A stretch of 64,000 nt of DNA from Squalus acanthias (Eukaryota), in the NCBI GenBank assembly GCA_030390025.1, contig CM059432.1, positions 137,642,001 to 137,706,000 on the forward strand. The letters run 5' to 3'. A program made the position numbers and the translations under genes. The first letter of the stretch is position 1, and each line of letters opens with the position of its first letter. The notes below the pieces were generated by a model. The model did not search any database and was not told the DNA's origin. It worked only from the letters and a program-made list of their open reading frames with translations. Positions 13,142-24,879 of this stretch are shown piece after piece.

Positions 13142-14036
13142 ATGGCAGGGCAGCTCAGTCCCGTGGAGTGCACATCCTGTGCCATGTGGGAAGTCCTGGA
13201 CGCTTTGCGTAGCCTGGACGGCCACATGTGCGGGAAGTGTCGCCAGCTACAGCAACTCAAGCTCCGGGTTTCGGAGCTTGAGTGGCGGCTGGAGTCACTG
13301 CGGTGCATCCGCGAGGCTGAGAGTTAAGTGGCTAGCACGTTTCTAGAGGTGGTCACCCCGCAGCTTAAGAGTATGCAGGCAGAGAGGGAATGGGTGACCG
13401 CCAGACAGAAGAGGAGGACCAGGCAGGTAGTGCAGGAGTCCCCGGAGTGCATCACGCTCTCCAACCAGTATTCTGTTCTGAGTACTGGTGCGGGAGATGG
13501 TTCCTCTGGGGAGGAAAAAGAGTGGAAGAGCAATAGTGGCAGGGGATTCAATAGTTAGGGGAGCAGACAGGCGTTTCTGCGGCTGTAGACGTGACTCTAG
13601 GATGGTATGTTGCCTCCCTGGTGCCAGGGTCAAGGATGTCACTGAACGGCTGCAGGACACTCTGAGGGGGGAGGGTGAACAGCCAGAGGTTGTTATCCAT
13701 ATTGGTACCAACGCCATAGGCAGAAAAAGGGATAAGGTCCTGCAGGCAGAGTTTAGGGAGCTAGGAGAGAGATTAAAAAGCAGGACCTCAAAGGTAGTAA
13801 TCTCTGGATTACTCCCAGTGCCACATGCTAGTGAGTACAGGAATAGGAGGATAGAACAGATGAATGCGTGGCTGGAGAGATGGTGCAGGAGGGAGGGCTT
13901 TAGATTCCTGAGGCATTGGGACCGTTTCTGGGGAAGGTGGGACCTGTACAAGCCGGACGGGTTACACCTCAACAGAGCCAGGACCAATATTCTCGCGGGG
14001 AGGTTTGCTAGTATTGTTGGGGAGGGTTTAAACTAG
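13142..14036 (+). pseudogene. CR1 ORF1 (zinc finger/leucine zipper plus SGNH esterase), disrupted
   Basis: ATG at 13142, premature TAA at 13325-13327, frameshift near 13510, esterase frame ends ...GEGLN* at 14036. Confidence 0.85.
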
Positions 14037-14189
14037 CTTGGCAGGGGGATGGGCACCAGCATATAGGAGTAGAAAAGAGGAAGAAGGTGCATAAAAGAGT
14101 GAGTGTGTTGGATAGTACTAGAGAAGAAAGTAGTACTAGAGGCTGAAGTAGTACCACATTCGATAGGAGCAGACTAAGAAAGACAACGA

Positions 14190-16760
14190 AAAATTCAAAA
14201 ACGAGTTTAGAATGCATGTACATAAACGCACAAAGTGTGGTGAATAAGGTTGGTGAGCTACAAGCACGATTAGCCGTGTGGCAATATGATATTGTGGCAA
14301 TAACGGAAACGTGGCTTAAAAACGGTGATGACTGGGCACTTAATATTCAAGGGTACAAGGTGTTTGGAAAAGATAGGGAAGGAAAAAGGGAGGTGGGGTG
14401 GCAGTGCTGATTAAGGAAGACATTGTAGTGTTGGAAAGGGAGGATGTTCTCGAGGGGACAAGGACAGAATCCATTTGGTTAGAGTTGAGGAGCAAAATGG
14501 GTATGATCATGCTGTTGGGGGTATTCTATAGGTCTCCAAATAGTGAGAGGAAGGTAGAGGAGCAAATCTGCAGGGAAATCGCAGAGATATGCAAGAGTTA
14601 TAGAGTGGCGATATTGGGGGACTTTAATTACCCAAATATCGATTGGGATAATGCTAGGGTGAAGGAAAAGGAGGGGGAGGAATTTCTGAAATGTATTCAG
14701 GAGAATTTCCTTGTCCAATATGTTCTTGGCCCAACTAGGAAGGAGGCATTGCTGGATCTCACGCTGGGGAATGAGGTGGGCCAGGTCAACCAAGTGTCTG
14801 TGGGAGAACACTCGGGTACGAGTGATCATCGTATCATAAGATTTAGATTAGCAATGGAGAGGAGCAAGGAACAATCTAGAGTGGAACTTCTAAACTGGAA
14901 TAGGGCTAACTTCAATGAGATGCAAAGGGATCTAGTAAGGGTAAAATGAAACCAAAGACTGACAGGAAAAACTGTAACGGAACAATGGGTGATCTTTAAG
15001 GAGGAGATGTTCCAAGTACAGGCTAGGTACATTTCAACAAGAGGGAAGGGAACCAAACCAAGGGCTCCTTGGATGATGAGGGAGATAGAGATGATGACGA
15101 AACAAAAAAAAGAGGATGTATGATGCATGTCAGGTGAATTCTTCAAGGGAGAACCAGACCAAATACAATAAGTTGAGAGGGGAAGTGAAGATGATAATAA
15201 GATTGGCAAAGAGAGAATATGGGAGTAGAAAGGCGGTTAACATAAAAGGGAACCCAAAAATCTTCTACATGTAAATCATGTAAACAGTAAGCGGGTCGTA
15301 AAAGGCGGGGTGGGGCCTATTAGAGACAAAGAAGGTGATAAATGCTTAGAGGTGCAGGGCAAGGCTAGAATACTCAATGAGTACTTTGTATCGGTGTTTA
15401 CTAAGGAGGTGGATGCTGACAAAATATCGGTAGAAGTGGAAAAGGTAGGAAGCAATGGAAGGGGTGAAAATTGATAGACAGGATGTACTAGAAAGGCTGG
15501 GTATGCTTAGAGTGGACAAGTCGCCTGGTCTGGATGGCTTGCATCCTAGGTTGCTAAGGGAATTGGGGGAGGAGTTAGCGGAAGGGCTTGCCATAATTTT
15601 CCAATCTTCCTTAGATGTGGGGGAGGTGCCTGAGGATTGGAAAGTGGCAAATGTGACACCATTGTTCAAGAAAGTGTGTAAGGACAATCCTAGTAACTAA
15701 AATTGAGGCTCATGGAATAGGTGGGTCAGTGGCAGCTTGGATAATGAATTGGCTTGAGGACAGAAAACAGCGAGTTGTGGTAAATGGCTGTTTTTCAGAC
15801 TGGAGGATGGTAGGCAGTGGTGTTCCCCAAGGGTCAGTGCTGGGGCCACTGCTTTTTTTGAGATAATATATATATATATATAAAAATAAATGACCTGGAT
15901 ATTGGAATAAAAAGTAGAATTTCTAAATTTGCCGATGACACCAAACTTGGGGGTGTGGCAAACAGTGATGATGATACCAATCGACTGCAACAGGGCATAG
16001 AAAGGCTAGCAGAATGGGCAGACAAGTGGCAGATGGAATTTAATACAGAGAAGTGTGAGGTGATGCATTTTGGCAGAAGGAACAGGGAGAGGCAATATAC
16101 ACTTAATGGCACAGTTTTAAAGAGTGTGCAGGGACAGAGGGACCTGGAAGTTAATGTGCATAGGTCCCTGAAGGTGGCAGGACATATTGAGAGAGTGGTT
16201 AACAAAGCATATGGGATCTTGGGCTTCATAAATAGAGGTATTGAGTACAAAAGTAGAGAAGTTATGCTGAACCTTTATAAAGCGCTGGTTAGGCCACAAC
16301 TGGAGTATTGGTCACCACACTTTAGGAAGGATGTGAAGGCCCTTGAGAGGGTGCAGAGGAGATTTACCAGAATGGTTCTGGGGATGGGGGATCTTAGCTA
16401 CAAGAACTGGTTGGAGAAGCTGGATTTGTTTTCATTAGAGCAAAGGAGGTTGAGGGGTGATTTGATCGAGGTGTACAAGATTATGACGGGTTTGGATAGG
16501 CTAAGACGGGGAAAGGCTGTTTCCACTCGTTGATGGTACAAGGACTAGGGGACACAGATTGAAGGTTTTGGGCAAGAGATACAGGGGGGACGTGAGGAAA
16601 ATCTTTTTTACGCAGTGAGTGGTGATGACCTGGAACTCGCTGCTGACGGGAGTGATGGAAGTGGAGACACTTTTCAAGGGGAGACTGGATAGGCACTTGA
16701 GGGATATAAACTTGCAGGGCTATGGGGATAGAGCGGGGGAATGGGACTGACTGGATTGCT
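14190..16760 (+). pseudogene. CR1 ORF2 (apurinic endonuclease plus reverse transcriptase), disrupted
   Basis: Fragments lie in several frames with stops. The RT core between DNPSN and KIEAHG (YRPVSL/QHGF/DFxKAFD segment) is missing at ~15700. A (TA)n expansion occurs at ~15865-15885. Confidence 0.88.
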
Positions 16761-17511
16761 CTACAGAGAGCCGGCACGGATTCGATGGGCCGAATGGCCT
16801 CCTTCTGTGCCGTTATGACTCTATGAAAATAGAAAGGGGATAATATAATAAATGTTGCATCATGTCATGAATACTGGAAAAAAGAATCTCTTTATAACAG
16901 TGGAGATTAAAATGAGATAAAGTTTTGAAACACCTGACAAATTCAGATAAATTCTGCTCCAATCTAACTGGATAAAAAGGAACTGAAATTCTCATTTCAT
17001 GGTTTATTAGAATTGTAGATATTAAATTGTATGTTGATGTGCCTTTAAATATTAAATTAAGCATCTCAACCAAATAACATAAATGCAAAAAGAGATTGAT
17101 GCATTTTCAACCACCATACAATTCTTATACTAAATTACAAAACATTTGAGAAATTACTGCTTCTGAACCAACAATGACCAAATTTCTACATTTGCAGCAT
17201 TTCTGTAAATTATCTCAGTGGTCACATGCCCAATAAGCGTGTAAGAACTCCAATCATCTTCAATCCTGTGTCTCGTAAATAGCAATTCAGATGGAGGGAT
17301 TAAAATGTATATGCTAAATTATGCACGCCCTTCTGTTATTAAAATTCAAATCGAAGTAGTGAAATTCATAAATAAATCATGTTGATCTATAACAGTTCAA
17401 CGCCCCCCTTTCATTTTCCCTTCCTCTGATCCTCTCTTTAAAAAAAAATTACCTGAAATAATTTGCAGCTCTGTTATCAGTCAGCTTTACGACAAACTAT
17501 AATTAAAGATG

Positions 17512-17897
17512 AATCATAGAATCATACAGCAGAGAAGGAGGCCATTCAGCCTATCATGCCTGTGCTGGCTCTCTGAAAGCCACAAATTAGCCCCACTCCC
17601 CTGCTCTTTACCCATAGCCCTGCAAAATCTTTCTATTTAAGTTTATATCCAATTCCCTTTTGAAAGTTACTATTGAATCTGCTTCCACCACCCTTTCAGG
17701 CAGTGAATTACAGATCATCAAAACTCGCTGAGCAAAAAAAAATTCTCATCTCCCCCTTGGCTTTTTTGCCAGTTATCTTAAATCTGTGTCCTCTGGTTAC
17801 CGCCTCTCCTGCCAGTGGAAACAGTTTCTCCCTTTCTACTCTATCAAAACCCCTCAGAATTTTAAGCACCTCCATTAAATCTCCCCTTAACTTTCTT
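17512..17897 (-). mobile_element. CR1 LINE 3' fragment
   Basis: Reverse complement of the CR1 3' end (aatcatagaatcatacagca...gaaggaggccattc). Confidence 0.75.
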
Positions 17898-18003
17898 TAC
17901 AGAAGTTTTCAATTATGAACTTTACAAAATGTATTTAAGGAAAATTTCCCACCATAGCACCACTGTACATTGTCCAAAATATCAGATATTAACTTATGAA
18001 TAC

Positions 18004-18133
18004 CTGTGTGGATCCGATTGTGCCTCTCCAGCTGGCTGGGCTTAGCAAAGGCCTTGTCGCAGGAGTCACATTTGTATAGTTTAGGTTTCTGACTGCTAGG
18101 TGAAGGTCCAGGTTGGTGGGTCTGAAGATGGTC
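18004..18133 (-). CDS. ZNF236: ZNF236 exon (DHLQTHQPGPSPSSQKPKLYKCDSCDKAFAKPSQLERHNRIHT)
   Basis: 130 bp, phase 0-1, aaag|GAC...ACAG|gtattc, C2H2 finger. Confidence 0.93.
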
Positions 18134-18265
18134 CTTTGATTAAAGAAAACACATTTCTATTCTTTTACAATTCCACAATTCACATCAATAAGTACTACAA
18201 TGTTTCATGAACAAGTAGTACATAATTACAGAATAATTTTACCAGCACACGGCAAATTTTCAATA

Positions 18266-18765
18266 TAGAATCATAGAAACTTACAGCACAGAAGGAGGCC
18301 ATTCAGCCCGTCGTGCTTTTGAAAGAATAGTCATGCTTAGTCCCACACCCCCGCTTTTTGTCCATAACCCTGTAAGTTCCTCATCCTCCAAATCCCTTTT
18401 AAAATTATTTTTAGATCGTTCCAGATGCCGGCAACTCAGTGAAAAAATTCTCATCTCCCCTCTAGATCTTTTGTCAATTATTTTAAATCTATGACCTTTG
18501 GGTATTGACCCACTCGCCAGAGGGAATGGTTTTTCTCTATCAAACCTCTCATCATCTTGAAAACCTCTATTAGGTCACCTCTTAACCTTCTCTGTTCCAG
18601 GGAGAACTGTCCCAACTTTTCCAACCTCTCCTCATAACTCAAGTCCCTCAACCCTGGTAACATTGTGGTAAACCTCCTCTGTATCCTTTCTGAGGCCTTT
18701 ACATCTTTCCTGAAGTGTTGTGCCCAGAATTGTCCACAATACTCCAGCTGAGGCCTAACCAATCC
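18266..18765 (-). mobile_element. CR1 LINE 3' fragment
   Basis: Minus-strand ORF LVRPQLEYC..W..HFRKDV..ERIQRRFT..LEQRRLRGDLIEVFK plus the 3' tail. Confidence 0.85.
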
Positions 18766-19072
18766 CATATCAACATGTGTATGTGTGTAAAATTAACCCC
18801 TACTGACAGGCTACCAAACTACACCTATCTGGTAACGTTGCACTTTTTTAGTAGCCATGCGTTATGAAGACAATTCAGAAATTAATGGGTACATATTTCA
18901 GTTCCAGCGCAAAACTGAACAAAAACACATTGAGAATACTGCCTGCAATTTTGTGGGATCATCTCATTTGCATAATTATCCCTCGTCAGCTTTATCCTTG
19001 TGTTGGGCGCTAACTTAATGGGGAAATGCAGAAAATTGGGCAAGTGTGCAGCCCCTAAAAGGGGCAAATATT

Positions 19073-19816
19073 GGCCTGAAAATTAGACCTAATACGCGAG
19101 AGTACGCACTGTGTACTCTCGCGTTTTAGGTCTCCAATTGCCGGTTTCCAGCATGCACTGCGCATGCGCGGGAAACCGGCACTTCGTGAACTCAAAAGGG
19201 GGCGGTTCCTAGGTGAACCGCGTGCGCGCTACAGGCTGCGCGCACGCAGTGCACTTAGTGCTTTGAACGCGCAGGTAAGCATGGAAGATTTTGCACATAA
19301 AGAAAGGAGGCGTAAGACCCTCTTTTAACAAGGTAAGTAGTTAATTAAGTATTATTTTAAATTTTTTTCAACAGGTTTATCTTTTTTAGAGACTTTAAAG
19401 AAAGGTAAGTTTATTTTTATAACTTTTAAAAAGATTTTAAATTTTTTCAAAAATTTAATTTTTTGTTTAAAGTGGTTAATTTATTTAACTATACTTATTT
19501 TATTAATGTGATGGCTTTTAAAAAAAAATTAATTGAGGTTTAGCTGTTCTTTTGGGGGGGTATAGATTCATAGCTTTGACAGCCCTTGCTGTCAAAACTA
19601 TGAATGAAAGATGGTGTGCTGCCATTGGCTCTAACTAAATCACGTGATCCCAGAGCTCGCACGAACTAACTCCGTCTCTGGGATACGCACACACTGCACA
19701 GCTGCAGCCTTGAAACTAAAGTTCGTGTGAGCTCGGAGGGAAAAGGTAGGCGCGCAGTGAGATATCGCGGGGAAGCCTTACCCCCGCAGGAAGGCTCTGT
19801 CTTTAATTTCTGGGCC
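19073..19816. mobile_element. ~750-bp non-autonomous TIR element (PIF/Harbinger-like MITE), copy 1
   Basis: Imperfect TIRs GGCCTGAAAATT...AATTTCTGGGCC; colinear with 38023-38786 and 54838-55590. Confidence 0.75.
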
Positions 19817-20029
19817 ACTGAGTCAGCCTTTAGAAAGGCTCAAAATAGGTTTGAAATATTTATCAGCCTTTGAGAAGACTGTGGGGGTTGGGGGAGGGAG
19901 GAAGGGGAGGGGTGGGGTGGGGTGGGATGCGGAGAAGTAGAAATGAAATGAAAGGAAATTCAATGTGCAGACACGGAACAGAATTGTGTGGGCAAGTGAT
20001 GAAGTTGCGCAGCAATCAACCACCTGTTT

Positions 20030-20210
20030 AGTGGCTGCTGGAGTGCTGCATGAGGAGGGTTTCCCTGTTTGGTATTTCAGGGCACCCTCGCCAAAGAACA
20101 GCAGTACACCGTGCTTTTAAGGAGGTGCTGACCAGGCTCATGGGTTTGCGCGGTACCTGTAGGACGCTGGAACAGCAACAGGAGAAGATGGCACGCGTTA
20201 AGGAGCGTGG
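20030..20210 (+). pseudogene. Possible relic of a Harbinger Myb/SANT-like DNA-binding ORF
   Basis: LLECCMRRVSLFG...AVHRAFKEV...CRTLEQQQEKM resembles the pattern R..LFG...AW.EV...RT.EQC.KKW; degenerate. Confidence 0.35.
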
Positions 20211-21044
20211 CAAGGGACGAACAATACCATTTACCAGGTCAGCGACCCAAGACTGCGCTACAAATTGTTGCCTGCCACTTATTCCACACTTCCTGCTCAT
20301 CCATGCAAATCCTCATGTTACCTTACAGTTCTATCGCTGCATCTCATGCAAACCTATATTTCAGCAGGGCATGCATTCAAGATGCAATGTACAATTGATA
20401 GCGTTGTCACCCACACCTTTCAAGGACTTCACACATCAAATCATTGTAACACAACCTAGCTGCATGATGCCTGGACAATTATGTACACACAGGTTAGCCA
20501 CATGCCCGTCACTGTACATGTACACCTTCAGTTTACAGCATTTTAATGATATGGTTCCGGTTGCCTGGCAAGATGGCACAAAATTCAAGAGAATACATCC
20601 CAATTGGAGAAAGGCTCAAAAAATTATTATGCTCCCTTAGAGAAGGTCAAGATAGGCATCCTGTCAGATCAGAGCATGAAGGGAATAGGGAAATGTGAAG
20701 CAGAAGCTTCTACCAAGTTCAGGTTCAGTGTGATCCAGTTATGTCATCCTCTTATTAGGGCTGAATTGACTATCCTCTTCCTAAAAACTATTTTATTATA
20801 ATGCCAATTATGAACCTCAACAATGACGTCTTAAAACATGAAACTACTATTTCTATAAATAGAGTAACAGTGGAGAGTGACTTGAAAGGAGAGTTAAATA
20901 AAAACAGCTAGAATAAGACACTGTTCTACAAAAAGACTCACACCATTGGAAAAAATGTTACTTGGGTCCATCAAACTATGTTTCATTCCCAGCTAGGGGA
21001 GCAGGGGCTAACCAGTTCATAGGCATCTGCTAGTGCCTCTCTAT

Positions 21045-21480
21045 TACAACAACAGCAACCTGCATTTATATAGCATCTTTAAGGTAGTAAAACGTCCCAA
21101 GGCGTTTCACAGGAGCGTTATCAAACAAAGTTTGACACCAAGCCACGTAAGGAGATATTAGGACAGGTGACCAAAAAGCTTGGCCAAAGAGGTAGGTTTT
21201 AAGGAGCATCATAAAGGAGGAGAGAGAGGTGGAGAGGTTTAGGGAGGGAATTCCAGAGCTTAGGGCCTAGGCAGCTGAAGGCACGGCCGCCATTGGTGGA
21301 GCGATTAAAATCAGGGATGCGCAAGAGGCCAGAATTAGCGGAGTGCAGAGATCTCGGAGGGTTGTAGGGCTGGAGGTGGTTACAGAGATAGGGAGGGGTG
21401 AGGCCATGGAGGGATTTTAAAACAAGGATGTGAATTTTAAAATCGAGGGACTACCAGACCAGGAGCCAATGTAGGTCAAT
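21045..21480 (-). mobile_element. L2-clade LINE 3' fragment
   Basis: Reverse complement of the ...GCTATATAAATGCAAGTTGTTGTT tail shared with the copies at 27262, 55591 and 61980. Confidence 0.75.
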
Positions 21481-21697
21481 AATAAACAACTAGATGCTGT
21501 ATAGCAAGTTTGCTTCCCAGAAATCTTGCCCATCCCTCAATAAAAGTAACCTTGCTTAGCACCTCCCTAAATAGCCCATCTAAAATAGACATTCATTATC
21601 TAGAGAGCCACAGGAGAGATCCTACATCTTTTCAACTCTGTGGCACAGTGATATCATTGGACTGCCTAGATATAACAGCTTAAAGAAATGCAAGTGA

Positions 21698-23139
21698 TAA
21701 GAACATAAGAATTAGGAGCAGGAGTAGGCCATACGGCCCCTCGAGCCTGCTCCGCCATTCAATAAGATCACGGCTGATCTTCGACCTCAACTCCACTTTC
21801 CCGCCCGATCTCCATATCCTTTGATTTCCCCATGAGTCCAAAAATCTATCTCTCAGCCTTGAATATACTCAACCATTCAGCATTCACAGCCCTCTGGGGT
21901 AGAGAATTCCAAAGATTCACAACCCTGAGCGAAGAAATTCCGCCTCATCTCAGTCTTAAATGGCCGACCCCTTATCCTGACACTATGCCCCCTAGTCTAG
22001 ACTCTCCAGCCAGGGGAAACAACCTCTCAGCATCTACCCTGCCAATCCCCCTCAGAATCTTATATGTTTCAATGAGATCACCTCTAATTCTTCTAAACTC
22101 CAGAGTATAGGCCCATTCTACTCAATTTCTCCTACTAGGACAACCCTCTCATCCCAGGAATCAATCTAGTGAACCTTCAGAGCACTGCCTCTAAGGCAAG
22201 TATATCCTTCCTCAGATAAGGAGACCAAAACTATGCACAATACTCCAGGTGTGGTCTCACCAAAGCCCTGTACAATTGTAGCAAGACTTCCTTACTCTTG
22301 TACTCCAACCCCCTTGCAATAAAGGCCAACATACCATTTGCCTTCCTAACTGCTTGCTGTACCTGCATGCTAACTTTCTGTGTTTCCTGTATGAGGACAC
22401 CTAAATCTCTCTGAACACTAACATTTATTAGTTTCTCACCATTTAAAAAAATTCTGTTTTTCTATTCTTCCTACCAAAGTGAATAACTTCACATCTCCCC
22501 ACATTATACTCCATTCGCCACCTTATTGCCACTCACTTAACCGGTCTATATCCCTTCGCAGGCTCTTTGTGTCCTCCTCACAGCTTACTTTCCCATCTAG
22601 CTTTGTATCATCAGCAAACTTGGATACATTATCATTATACTCGGTCCCTTCATCTAAATCATTAATATAAATTGTAAGCAGCTAAGGCCCCAGCACTGAT
22701 CCTTGCGGTACCCCACTAGTTATAGCCCGCCAACCCGAAAATGACCTGTTTATCCCTACTCTCTGTTTTCTGTCCGTTAACCAATCCTCTATCCATGCTA
22801 ATATATTACCCCCAACCCCACGAGCCCTTATCTTGCACAACAACCTTTTATGTGGCACCTTATGAAATGCCTTTTGGAAATCCAAATATACTACATCCAC
22901 TGGTTCCCCTTTATCTACCCTGCTAGTTACATCCACAAAAAACTAACATTTGTTAAACATAATTTCCCTTTCATAAAACCATGTTGACTCTGCCTAATCA
23001 GATTATGATTTTCTGAATGCCTTGTTACCACTTCCTTAATAATGGATTCCAGCATTTTCCCAACAACTGATGTCAGGCTAACTGGCCTGTAGTTCCCTGT
23101 TTTCTCTCTCCCTCCTTTCTTGAATAGTGGGGTTACATG
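21698..23139 (-). mobile_element. CR1 LINE RT/3' fragment (~1.4 kb)
   Basis: Minus strand encodes NYRPVSLTSVVGK, VDVVYLDFQKAFHKVPH, GVPQGSVLGP and KFADDTK; tail (TTCTTATG)n. Confidence 0.9.
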
Positions 23140-23298
23140 TTCTGGTGCGATATCAAGTGAAATGCTTATTTGCTGGAAATCGCACCAAAAGCTTGAAGAA
23201 AGTATCTACAGGCTTGAAAGAATGGGGCGACATCCAAATAAGGACTTTGCAACATGAGGAGCAAATTTAATATGTTATCGATAACTTTATCCAATTAC

Positions 23299-23496
23299 CT
23301 TGAGATGCGCTGCTCGTTTGAAGGCTTTGCTGCAGATGTTACATATGTGGACTCTTTCCTCCCCATGGGCTTCTCGGCAATGTCGACGGAGCATGGAGCC
23401 TGAAGAGAAGCTTTGGCTACAATTGGGACAGTGATTTATCTGGCCCTCATCATCTGTCTGACTGTCCTCTGTAAGACTAATCGTTGTCTCAGTTAC
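23299..23496 (-). CDS. ZNF236: ZNF236 exon (VTETT...HCPNCSQSFSSGSMLRRHCREAHGEERVHICNICSKAFKRAAHLK)
   Basis: 198 bp, phase 0-0, tttag|GTA...AAG|gtaatt, C2H2 motifs. Confidence 0.93.
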
Positions 23497-23874
23497 CTAA
23501 ACCAGAAGGTGCAAATTCAGTTCATGATGGTTAATAGCTGGTGCAAATCTCGTCAGAATGGTAATGTGCTAATAGCATGCAGTTTTCTTGGCTCTGTCTA
23601 TTTGCATAGTTGTTGACAGCTCACGAGCACATGTGGTGGAAGCATAAAATTGCTGTGTAGGTGAAAATTAAAGAGATGCACAAGAACTAAAGGGGAGTGT
23701 CAAAGAAGGAGCTAAAATATTCTTAAGTCTTTGGAAAGGCTTAATACAGTTCGCAAACCATTGGAGCCTTTGCCAAGGCTGGAGAAGACAGAAGGCCAAG
23801 AAGTGACGGGCAAAAAATAAGGGAAAGCAAATCCAATGTGGAGTCATGAGTCTGCAAGTAACTGATGGAGTAAC

Positions 23875-24165
23875 CCTACGAGATCTCTCCGCTCCTCCAA
23901 TTCTGGCCTCTTGTGCATTACTGATTTTCTTCACCCCACCATTGGTGTCAATGCCTTCAGCTACCTAGGCCCTGGAATTCCCTCCCTAAACCTCTCTGTC
24001 TCTCTACTCCTTTAAGGCGCTCCTTAAAACCTACCTCTTTGGCCAAGCTCTCCTAGCATCTCTTTATGTGGCTCGGTGTCAAATTTTGTTTGATAACGCT
24101 CCTGTAAAGCGCCTTGGGATGTTTTACTACGTTATAGGTGCTATATGAATGCACGCTGTTGTTGT
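23875..24165 (+). mobile_element. L2-clade LINE 3' fragment
   Basis: Same 3' UTR as the other L2 copies, ending tatatgaatgcacgctgttgttg. Confidence 0.7.
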
Positions 24166-24439
24166 TTTTCAGTTATTTGACACTGGCGACATCCCAGCTG
24201 CACTACCAGCAGGAGTTGCCGGGTAACAAACAGGAGAACCATGGCCGGTTTCCCCCGGCCTAACTCTGTGGGTGTGGAGGCCACCTGTAGCAAGCTGCTG
24301 CCTCCCAACTGAGATCAGTTAACTCAAAGTCCAGAAATTAAACTTGGATGTTTATTGGTGTGTTTGGTACAACTACTCTCTTGCGTAAATCCACTGAGGG
24401 AATGGAATTATGTTGAATGACCTTATGCATATTTCAAGA

Positions 24440-24720
24440 AAGAACTTGCAGTTATACCGCACCTTTCATAGCTTCAGGACGGCCCAAAGCACTTCATAGC
24501 CAATGAATTACTTTTAAAATGTAGACACTTACGTAAGCAAATGCGGCAGCCAATTTCCACATAGTTAGGTCCCAGAAACCGCAAAGATGATGTTTTGGTG
24601 GCTATTGAGGTATGTTGACTAGGACACTGGGAAAACTCACCCTGTTCTTGCAATAGCGCCATGAAACCGTTTGCATCTACCCCTACAGGCAGATTGGGCA
24701 TGAGTTTAACATCTCGGCCA
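24440..24720 (-). mobile_element. DeuSINE-like (SacSINE1-type) fragment
   Basis: aaagcacttcatagccaatgaattactttt... matches 36520-36960 and the reverse complement of 47362/47584. Confidence 0.5.
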
Positions 24721-24879
24721 AAAATATGAGAAACCCGCTCAGTAATTCGTGTCACTAACAGACAGCAAGGACCAATCAGCAGCGCCATTTAAAGAGCTCA
24801 TCCACTAGATGCAAAATAGTTGCTGATTTGACCGTTAGGTCTGCTGGTTCACGTTTGGGTGTTTTTTGGCCTATTCTCT

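Larger units (their letters stand above)
12914..16826 (+). mobile_element. Full-length but degenerate CR1-clade LINE (5' UTR, ORF1 Zn-finger/SGNH esterase, ORF2 APE-RT, 3' UTR/tail)
   Basis: ORF1 shows CxxC...CxxC (CTSC, CGKC), a leucine-rich coiled coil, and esterase motifs GDSIVRG, CCLPGA, HIGTN, DGLHLN. APE motifs: YINAQS, AITETWL, GDFN, SDH. RT motifs: KSPGLDG, GVPQGSVLGP, FADDTK. CR1 3' end GGGCCGAATGGCCTCCTTCTGTG...CTATGA. Confidence 0.95.

Noticed and set aside
1016..13308. ORFs of 3974, 4066 and 3380 aa as real giant proteins (e.g. a serine-rich adhesin or mucin)
   Set aside because: They overlap on both strands and begin at non-ATG or arbitrary starts. They have no unique domains and arise because a 30-bp unit lacks stops in those frames. 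The region is intronic and continuous with a LINE 5' UTR.
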